A stretch of DNA of 63,316 bases, taken from the NCBI RefSeq assembly GCF_001194135.2, contig NC_068981.1, positions 75,242,528 to 75,305,843 on the forward strand, given 5' to 3'. Below the pieces are notes generated by a model. The model made no database searches. It was not told where the DNA came from and was given only the letters and a program-made list of their open reading frames with translations. This DNA is from Octopus bimaculoides. Taxonomy: Eukaryota. Both the position numbers and the translations under genes were made by a program. Below, one piece after another: positions 54,230 through 63,316 of this stretch (position 1 is the stretch's first letter; the number at the start of each line of letters is the position of its first letter).

Positions 54230-55550
54230 AAAAGAACTATACGTGGAGTACATTTGGCAGAGCGAGAGTCATGAATCCACAACGGTGTTTGTTATTTTTG
54301 TGTCATGTATAAGAATTTATTCAGTTGCTACAACAATAAACATGGGGATCTATCTGTAGGGCAACCTGTGCCACATAGCAATGAAATTCCCGTACAAGTG
54401 TTTATCTCTCTGTCCGACATTCCTTGTTGCATTGGAATTCAAAATGAAGTTTTTTGACGTCAAATCATTTCTCTAAAATGTCAAAGATCTTTCATAAAAT
54501 TCGCTATCCTTAGCACCAGTCGCATATTCGCGTTGATCTTAAAGATGGTGAATTTCTTACTCGGACAGAAAACTGGGTACATGAATTAACTTTGATCCGT
54601 TTGCTTATGTCACTGTACAACTAATCAAAATAATTGGGGGGGGGGGGAAATGACACGTCCTTCAAGGTAGACAATGGCCTTAGGGACCGCGAACATCTCT
54701 ACCGAAACATTAGTTTGAATGAAAACATTATTTTATCTCCCCACCACATTAAACTTGGACTGATGAAATAATTTGTTAAAGCTTTCAACAAAGAAGGTGA
54801 TCGTTTCATGTACATTTAGAGATAGTTCTTGGAATTGAGTATTGAAAACGTTAAAGAGGAGTATTTACTACTCATGTTTTAAACTCAAATTTCTGTTTGA
54901 TATAGTTAAGTATCAGTTATTGAAAATTGGGCAACAAGAAAGTACATGATTATGAAGAAGTAGGAGTTGCTCCATAACTTTAAAATGATGAGATTACAAG
55001 TACACTTTTTCCATAGCCACATGAAAATATTTCCGTGAGGATCAAGAGGAGCAGATGCCATGGATTATAAGAGTGTTAGAGAAGAGGTAACAGGACAAAC
55101 GGGCCAGAGATTTGACGGTGGACAACTGCAAGAATCTTCATTATGATTGTCCTCCTAAGCAATGCAAAAGAAAATCATGCAAACAGGAAGTTTGGAATGA
55201 TTGATTGAGATATTTTTTGTATATTTAATTAGCCAATGCTACTCTATTATCTTCAACACTACTATTGAATAAGATTCTATTAAATATTTTGTGCTGATTT
55301 ATTCATGATTTTTACTGTGATATATATTTTGGCATTGTATATCAGTTTTTTTCTAATGCTTTAGTATAAAACAAATAGTATTTTGATTTCAACATTTCGG
55401 CTACTGTATACTGATCATGCGGAATTCGCAAATATGAGAGCCTTCGATTATGTAAATCATTTGAACAAATCTATCAAAACTGATGCCATAATTAGATTCA
55501 ACAGCTCCTCAAACTTACCCTAACACAAGTCCAATATGTTTTGGTACAAT
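54230..55550 (+). mobile_element. Degenerate DNA transposon transposase, probably CMC/Chapaev-3-like
   Basis: Motifs PVPHSNEIPV, LLGQKTGY, ENIILSPHHIKLGLMK*FVKAFNKEGDRFMY, VHFFHSH...FP and EKR*QG...DNC..LHYD match the PPLHIKLGLMKQFVKAL-type transposase family. The superfamily name is from recall. Confidence 0.65.
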
Positions 55551-55574
55551 AAATAAATAAATGAATGTATAAAT

Positions 55575-56055
55575 AATAAATGGTCTGGAAATCTAAGCTC
55601 CCATTAAATTTGAAACATAATTTCTTTCGGGAGGTTGAGCAGTCAGTTCTGTTAGATAGATGTAGAACAAGGACTCTAAAAGAGCGTCTTGAAAAGAACA
55701 TCGACGGAACTTATACAAGAACGCTTCGAGCTTCTCGCGACATCCCCTGGAGACAACACTCTTTGAAAAAACTTAATCCTCTGAAAAAACCGCACGTCAT
55801 CAGAGAAAGAAAAAAAATCGCTGGACTTTGCTTGAGAGCTAAAGACGACATTAACAACAGCGTTCTTCTTTGGTAACCGGAGCATGGGTTCGCAAAAAAT
55901 GGTAGAACACATCGTGCCTACATAAAGGAATTGTGTGAGGACTCTGAATGCACACTAGAAGACCTACAACTTGAACTGGCGGACTGAACAGACTGGAGAC
56001 AACACGTCACAGTAATCCATGTAGCAAGCATGACCAGATAATGATGATGATGACC
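55575..56055 (+). mobile_element. RTE-clade LINE 3' end with (ATG)n tail
   Basis: IDGTYTRTLRASRDIPWRQH...IAGLCLRAKDDI..VLLW*PEHG resembles the RTE YTRMLRA.LNISW.QH...AGHC.R...LLW.P.HG region. Confidence 0.85.
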
Positions 56056-57409
56056 ATGTACTTAAATATGGCATGCCTGAAATATAGAGCTTATGTACAA
56101 ACATTTGTCACTACTTGAAAAATATTTCCTTCGGATGGATACTTATTTAGTTTAAATAAATTATGTTTTAACAGCTTACTGTTATACATTTTTGAAACAT
56201 TTTTGTGCAATTTTAAAATTTTCATTATTTTCATATTTTTAAAATATAATGAAAGATCTTTTTCATTCATTTTAAAGAAGAATAAATTTCATTATTAATA
56301 ATTTTATGCTCTCTGGTATCGACCGAATGACGCTCACAGAGAAAACTCGTCGAGTTAATAACATTAGTTTCTGAATCCTGCTTCATCTACAAGAAAAACT
56401 GATGTGCATAATATTATATACAAAGTGACAAAGAATAAGCGAGCGCCATACTGTTTACATGAGTGAAATTATGTAAATTAAATCAGTTTGATTTCTTAGT
56501 AACTGTGTTTTATAGCAAAACTGTCTAATATACTACTCAAAAATTGCTACCTCATGTTTAGCAGACATCATGCAATATCAGATCAAATAATAGTACTGGT
56601 CATAACACTTATTTCCTCTCTAACCAAGAACGATAGAATTAATAAAAAGAAAATGATACAAGATTTAGCATATTACCTGCATATGTTACTTTGCAAATTT
56701 GAAATTCTTCTAATTTAGTTCATATATAAATATGAAATGATGTCACTGATATTGTTTAGCTCTACTTATGCATATGTACACATTCAGACATGGACATTAA
56801 TGTGGGCAAAATAGCGTGGTATAACGCTCAAATAGAACAAAAATTAAACGCAAACCACTGCTAAAATGCTTTGGACAAACACATAGAATCCAATTCCTCC
56901 CACACACAGTCGAATTAAGATCAAAGTAATTTCGGCATGTTATCAACAGGATTGCTAAGTTCAGAGTGCTCGAGATGATTCTCAAGGACAGAACGAATAA
57001 CTATTATGTTTCTTTTTTATATTAACTCACTGTCACTTCACTTTTCTACGTTGGTGTTTAAGTATAAATGCCAAGCAATGTTTTTGCTTTCATACAACGT
57101 TACATTACGCACCATCATCTTTCCTTTTCTGTTTTTATTTCGACCAAGACGAAAAGACACTCTTTGTCACTTCGACCTGTGTTCTGCTTTTGTTAACCAT
57201 ATGAGCTGACATTTCGTTAGGCTGATATCATTAAGTGTTCGTTGTACCTTTTATTTATTTATGTTTTGGTTTTGGATGTTTTCTTAAATTTGAATGGATG
57301 AGATTAATGTCTTGATCTTTAGTGAGCTGGTGATTAGAGAGAATGATTTCCTTGATTGAATCTCATCCTGTGCATGTTGCCTGTTGTCTGTGCTTAATTC
57401 TACTTCTTT

Positions 57410-57599
57410 TTCTTCTTCTTCTTCTTCTTCTTCTTCTTCTTCTTCTTCTTCTTCTTCTTCTTCTTCTTCTTCTTCTTCTTCTTCTTCTTCTTCTTCTTCT
57501 TCTTCTTCTTCTTCTTCTTCTTCTTCTTCTTCTTCTTCTTCTTCTTCTTCTTCTTCTTCTTCTTCTTCTTCTTCTTCTTCTTCTTCTTCTTCTTCTTCT
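57410..57599. repeat. Uninterrupted (TTC)n/(GAA)n tract, about 60 units
   Basis: Read directly from the sequence. Confidence 0.97.
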
Positions 57600-59077
57600 A
57601 CCTCTTCTACATTTTCCTTTTCTTCCATCGTTGTCAGTCTCTACCTGTCTATCTGTTTATCTCTATCTCTCACTCACTCTCAGAATATTATTCTGCACTG
57701 ATGAAGGATAGTTATCACTAAGGGCATTCCCACTCTGCGCATAACATTTTCTATTATCAATCGGTGTCAAGGACTAAACTAATCACAGCTTGGATTTTAT
57801 GGATATTTAACGTCAATTGAGAACAGGTGAAGTGGAGCTCTCACAAAGACTCTCCTTTGCAGTTAATAACCTATCTACAGTCAGATCTCAAACATTCTAA
57901 AGATTACACGATACTTTCAGGTTATAACTAAATACTACTAGCTTGAATGTACGGTGTTCTTTTTATTCTATTTCCTATTCCTTTGCAATGATTTTTGGTG
58001 CGAATCCTTGCCAAATCAATATAGATAAAAACGTAGATCTAGTATAAAAACTACAAAGGAAGATTAAATATCTACCGAACAAGGCCTAGTTTAGTTTCGA
58101 TTATTTTTTTCAGATGAAGCAATTTCTAGTTCACTATAATAATACCACATGGAGTGGCATAAATATTAGAAATCCTCATTCTCTCTTTCTAATACAGACT
58201 TAAATCTCATGCAGTCTTTGTGTTTACAAGAAAAAGAAAGAAGAAACAATGTTCTTGAAACATACATTTCGAAGTGAAAGGTAGATGGTTAACCGATTTA
58301 CCGACCTACTTTTAACATCGATTAAATAATCGCGAAGACAGACTTGTAGCAAATAAATGTACATGCCTATAACGAATTCTTCATACTGACACTTGGTGAA
58401 TATGAACAAGTTGCAATACAAGACAGAAGAAAAACTACAAAGACACCAAATTTATTTTCACTAAGAACGGTAATTTTTGTTCTTTTCCAAGTTATTTTGC
58501 TATCGGCTGATCTGCTGACTTATGGATGTGAAAGACGCATTTCTATGATGTTGGCGTTGTTTCTTACAATTATTATTAGAAATTATTATTTTATAGCCAA
58601 TCGCATTCCCACCTGCAAGCTAATCGGCACTCAGTACTCTCTTAACAGAATTAACGGCAGCAATGTGAAAGGAAAATTACATGCTGGGACAGACAGAATG
58701 ACTTATTATAAAACGTGTGTTAAGATGTCAAGACTAGAATGGCTAGTAAAGAACAAAAAGATATGTACTAGCGTGTGTTATTATGTTCGAGTATAATATT
58801 GAATATGTGTGTGGTGTGTGATTATGTAGTGTGAATGTATTAGGCTGTAAAATAATAAATATCGAAACCATATACATTAAATAATAGACTACACGTGCAT
58901 TTATATTTGTGCATATTAAAATTAGTATATACATTCATTTAATAACCCATACGCTCACACTCACAGATATACTCACCACTCTTCTTTTCTTACATATAAT
59001 AATAATAATAATGATTATATATATATGTGTATGTGCTTCTGTGTGTGTATGTGTGTGTATATATAGGTATAACTGTG

Positions 59078-59410
59078 AAGGCGCATGGCTCTGTGATTGG
59101 AGCATTGGGCTCACAATCAAATAGAAGTGAGTTCGATTCGCGAACCAGATAGTGTGCTGTATTTTTGAGCGACATACTTTATTTCGCATTGCTCCATTTC
59201 ATTCAGCTGTAGAAATGAGTTGCGGTGTCACTGGTGCCAAGGTATATCGGTCTTTGCCGTTCACTTCCACGTCATTGGTGACGTGGAGTGGGGAGGCAGG
59301 GATGCATGGCCGTCTGATGACCTTCCATCAACAACCATGCCCGGACTTGTGTCTTGGAGGGTAACCTTCCAGGTGCAATCCCATGGTCATTCATAATCGA
59401 AAGAAGCCTT
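59078..59410 (+). mobile_element. Family C-related CORE-like SINE, long variant
   Basis: gaaggcgcatggctctgtg...gagttcgattc...tttatttcgcattgctccatttcattcagctgtagaaatgagttgc. Confidence 0.7.
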
Positions 59411-59483
59411 TACTCTTTATATGTCATGCATGAGAGAAGCGGGTATTTGTCCTTTACTTTTACGCTTTATAGTTATAACTATG

Positions 59484-59555
<72 letters not shown>

Positions 59556-59570
59556 CGTGTATATGTATAC

Positions 59571-59965
59571 TTTTTTTACTTGTTTCAGTCATTTGACTGT
59601 GGCCATGCTGAAACACCGCCTTTAGTAAAGCAAATCGACCCCAGGACTTATTATTTGGAAGCCTAGTACGTATTCTATCGGTCTCATTGCCGAACGACTA
59701 AGTTACGGGGACATAAATGCGCCACCATCGGTTATCAAGCGATGTTGGGAGACTAACACAGACACGCAAACATATACACACGCATACATATATACATGTA
59801 TACGACAGGCTTCTTTCAGCGTCCTTCTACCAAATCCACTCACACGCATCTGGTCGGCCCGAGGCTATAGTAGAAGACACTTGACCAAGGTGCCACGCAG
59901 TGGGAATGAACCCGGAACCATGTGGCTGGTAGCAAGCTACCTACCACACGGCCATTCTTGCGCCT
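59571..59965 (-). mobile_element. Family B SINE, full length
   Basis: Head aggcgcaagaatggccgtgtggtag through tail gactgaaacaagtaaaa. Confidence 0.9.
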
Positions 59966-60071
59966 AGGCAAGGTCGACCTCGGCGGAATTTGAACTCAGA
60001 ACGTAGCGATGGGTGAAATACCGCTAAGCATTTCGTCGAGAATACTAAGGACTCTGCCAGCACGTCGCCTT
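59966..60071 (-). mobile_element. Family A SINE 5' half, directly adjoining the family B copy
   Basis: aaggcgacgtgctggcagagtcc...gttctgagttcaaattccgccgaggtcgaccttgcc, then immediately the family B head. Confidence 0.8.
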
Positions 60072-61198
60072 TCATCATGACGATGCGGGGCAGCATACTG
60101 GGGTGCGTTCGCGAGCAGCGTGGTGGGGAGCCTTGTATATAACTATATACATGTTCTGCAAAATAGCATACATAAATACGAACNNNNNNNNNNNNNNNNN
60201 NNNNNNNNNNNNNNNNNNNNNNNNNNNNNNNNNNNNNNNNNNNNNNNNNNNNNNNNNNNNNNNNNNNNNNNNNNNNNNNNNNNNNNNNNNNNNNNNNNNN
60301 NNNNNNNNNNNNNNNNNNNNNNNNNNNNNNNNNNNNNNNNNNNNNNNNNNNNNNNNNNNNNNNNNNNNNNNNNNNNNNNNNNNNNNNNNNNNNNNNNNNN
60401 NNNNNNNNNNNNNNNNNNNNNNNNNNNNNNNNNNNNNNNNNNNNNNNNNNNNNNNNNNNNNNNNNNNNNNNNNNNNNNNNNNNNNNNNNNNNNNNNNNNN
60501 NNNNNNNNNNNNNNNNNNNNNNNNNNNNNNNNNNNNNNNNNNNNNNNNNNNNNNNNNNNNNNNNNNNNNNNNNNNNNNNNNNNNNNNNNNNNNNNNNNNN
60601 NNNNNNNNNNNNNNNNNNNNNNNNNNNNNNNNNNNNNNNNNNNNNNNNNNNNNNNNNNNNNNNNNNNNNNNNNNNNNNNNNNNNNNNNNNNNNNNNNNNN
60701 NNNNNNNNNNNNNNNNNNNNNNNNNNNNNNNNNNNNNNNNNNNNNNNNNNNNNNNNNNNNNNNNNNNNNNNNNNNNNNNNNNNNNNNNNNNNNNNNNNNN
60801 NNNNNNNNNNNNNNNNNNNNNNNNNNNNNNNNNNNNNNNNNNNNNNNNNNNNNNNNNNNNNNNNNNNNNNNNNNNNNNNNNNNNNNNNNNNNNNNNNNNN
60901 NNNNNNNNNNNNNNNNNNNNNNNNNNNNNNNNNNNNNNNNNNNNNNNNNNNNNNNNNNNNNNNNNNNNNNNNNNNNNNNNNNNNNNNNNNNNNNNNNNNN
61001 NNNNNATATATATATATATATATAGATAGATAGATAGATATATAAGTATACATACATGCATACATATATGTGTATATGTGTATGTATATATATTTATAGA
61101 AATGTGTGTGTGTGTGAGTTTGTGTGTGTGTACATATATATATGTATGTATTTAGTGATGATGTTGGTAACGTAGTTGTGGTGATCATAACCACTTAC

Positions 61199-61302
61199 CG
61201 CTTCAAGGATCCGGAGAGGCACCGTCATGTGACACGGTGTCGTGGTTATTTTAAACTTGGCGAAGACGATCTCTTTCAAGATATCAACTCACGGAACATG
61301 TT
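61199..61302 (-). CDS. Candidate exon possibly containing a start codon (61228, MTVPLRILEA, phase 0)
   Basis: Long polypyrimidine tract with ctaat and ctctctag acceptor; donor gcg|gtaagt; CpG-rich. An alternative internal donor cc|gtgagt exists. Confidence 0.4.
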
Positions 61303-61374
61303 CTAGAGAGGATTAGAGCTAGAGAAAGAGAAAAATAGAGAAGGGAACAAAGTTTTAAACTAGTACGTTCTTAC

Positions 61375-61461
61375 TGGCCCAGCAAGGTTGGAAATCAAAG
61401 GCGATATGAGCCTAGCGCAGCGAGCGAGACGTACACAACATGAATAATTTCTACTTGCTTT
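61375..61461 (-). other. Candidate 5'UTR exon
   Basis: Acceptor tcttttcttttacag and donor cca|gtaaga; separated from the 61199-61302 exon by a 72-nt intron with good signals. Confidence 0.45.
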
Positions 61462-61539
61462 CTGTAAAAGAAAAGATAGTGCCCATAGCATTTGCAAGCT
61501 CCTATAATTCATTGCGATTCATGTTATTGTTATTTTGAA

Positions 61540-61730
61540 ACGAGTGGTCGTTATTGTTGGCCGGAAATACATTTTCACGCGGGGAATTGCAGAGAACGGA
61601 AGCTGTGCGAGGGAAGACGGATCATTAGTTGATGCGTACCATTGAGTGTATGCTACAACACAGATGACATGAGAAAGCGATGCGTGTGATTGTTATGAGC
61701 TCAGTCCACAAGGAGCAGAATAAATAGTAG
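61540..61730. promoter_or_regulatory. CpG-enriched putative promoter region with ETS-like ccggaa/cggaag motifs
   Basis: CpG density is visibly above the window background; it lies upstream of the candidate minus-strand 5' exons. Confidence 0.3.
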
Positions 61731-62597
61731 TGCTAGAAAAAAGCAAGAGAATCAGTGGGTGGAGTGTCTGTGATTATATATATATATATATATATATNNN
61801 NNNNNNNNNNNNNNNNNNNNNNNNNNNNNNNNNNNNNNNNNNNNNNNNNNNNNNNNNNNNNNNNNNNNNNNNNNNNNNNNNNNNNNNNNNNNNNNNNNNN
61901 NNNNNNNNNNNNNNNNNNNNNNNNNNNNNNNNNNNNNNNNNNNNNNNNNNNNNNNNNNNNNNNNNNNNNNNNNNNNNNNNNNNNNNNNNNNNNNNNNNNN
62001 NNNNNNNNNNNNNNNNNNNNNNNNNNNNNNNNNNNNNNNNNNNNNNNNNNNNNNNNNNNNNNNNNNNNNNNNNNNNNNNNNNNNNNNNNNNNNNNNNNNN
62101 NNNNNNNNNNNNNNNNNNNNNNNNNNNNNNNNNNNNNNNNNNNNNNNNNNNNNNNNNNNNNNNNNNNNNNNNNNNNNNNNNNNNNNNNNNNNNNNNNNNN
62201 NNNNNNNNNNNNNNNNNNNNNNNNNNNNNNNNNNNNNNNNNNNNNNNNNNNNNNNNNNNNNNNNNNNNNNNNNNNNNNNNNNNNNNNNNNNNNNNNNNNN
62301 NNNNNNNNNNNNNNNNNNNNNNNNNNNNNNNNNNNNNNNNNNNNNNNNNNNNNNNNNNNNNNNNNNNNNNNNNNNNNNNNNNNNNNNNNNNNNNNNNNNN
62401 NNNNNNNNNNNNNNNNNNNNNNNNNNNNNNNNNNNNNNNNNNNNNNNNNNNNNNNNNNNNNNNNNNNNNNNNNNNNNNNNNNNNNNNNNNNNNNNNNNNN
62501 NNNNNNNNNNNNNNNNNNNNNNNNNNNNNNNNNNNNNNNNNNNNNNNNNNNNNNNNNNNNNNNNNNNNNNNNNNNNNNNNNNNNNNNNNNNNNNNNN

Positions 62598-62663
<66 letters not shown>

Positions 62664-63009
62664 CCACACACAAACCCACAAACACATATACTAAAATAAT
62701 AATCATATTTTTACAAATATTATTAAATTAAAGGAGCAAAGGCGAAAGCAACGACTTGTCTCCAACATGCTTGAAAATGCCGAGGCATTGAGATACTTCA
62801 GAAAAACTCAAAAAATATACACAGATTGTAGGTGGGCGAGTGACAAAACGTTAAAAGCCTTCAAGTTAATTGTGAATTGGGTCCAATTTTTAGATTTAAG
62901 TCGGAAAAATAGGCTTCTTTTAGTTCGTTTCCTTGTATGTCTCCACTGTCCTGGTTTGTTCCCAACTTTGACACTACATAAATCCCAAATTTTATTTTGG
63001 TACTCATGG

Positions 63010-63200
63010 GAGCAGTTGTCTTCGAAGACTCATATTGTTGTTCAATGCTCGAAATGAGGAGTAGATTGACAGCCGACAACTGATGAAGCGTCGTTCTTTG
63101 TTACTTGTCGTGTTTTCCGTTTGTTTCTCTCGTGGCTCGCAAATTGACTCATTTATTTTCGTATATCATGTTGCTTACTGTTGGTGACGTCCTGTACCCA
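63010..63200 (+). mobile_element. Interspersed repeat tail, PLE-like
   Basis: gctcgaaatgaggagtagattgacagccgacaactgatgaag...ttctttg followed by a T-rich tail; class inferred. Confidence 0.35.
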
Positions 63201-63216
63201 TATTTGCATGTGTATA

Positions 63217-63316
63217 TATATATATATATGCATATAAATATACATTATTTATACCATATATATATATATATATGCATATAAATATACATTATTTATACCA
63301 TATATATATATATATA
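63217..63316. repeat. Tandem duplication of about 42 bp in AT-rich sequence
   Basis: tgcatataaatatacattattttataccatatatatat occurs twice. Confidence 0.85.

Noticed and set aside
58497-58796. 99-aa plus-strand ORF
   Set aside because: No recognisable domain, non-ATG start and no supporting exon structure.
994-62731. Most ORFs in the supplied track (poly-[13 protein letters not shown], poly-E/L/S/M/V)
   Set aside because: They are translations of N gaps and microsatellites, not genes.
62767-63057. 96-aa ATG-initiated ORF
   Set aside because: No recognisable homology; its 3' end runs into a repeat tail.
1-63316. CRISPR arrays, rRNA and prokaryotic operon features
   Set aside because: No regularly spaced repeat-spacer arrays or rRNA-like sequence were seen; the DNA is eukaryotic.

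Overview
AT-rich animal genomic DNA from a gapped draft scaffold, with many N runs flanked by (AT)n/(CA)n microsatellites. The SINE families and repeat content look like octopus (coleoid cephalopod); this is inferred from recalled repeat sequences, not from a search. No protein-coding gene can be named. The window is mostly intron-like or intergenic DNA containing tRNA-derived SINEs, decayed LINEs (CR1/L2-like, RTE), several Penelope-like element (PLE) fragments, a mariner relic, a probable CMC/Chapaev-type transposase relic and long microsatellites. Splice-site-bounded segments suggest a minus-strand gene whose 5' end lies near 61.2-61.7 kb and whose introns may cover much of the window; this is tentative. 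The main finding is at 50460-50813: a 312-bp non-coding unit with a 42-bp terminal direct repeat. It contains a complete type I hammerhead ribozyme (50589-50645), and most of the unit is predicted by eye to fold into a rod plus hairpins, including G-U wobble pairs in the ribozyme's polarity. This is what an integrated cDNA copy of a retrozyme-like, self-cleaving circular RNA would look like. Several long inverted repeats and palindromes that could form dsRNA are also present.
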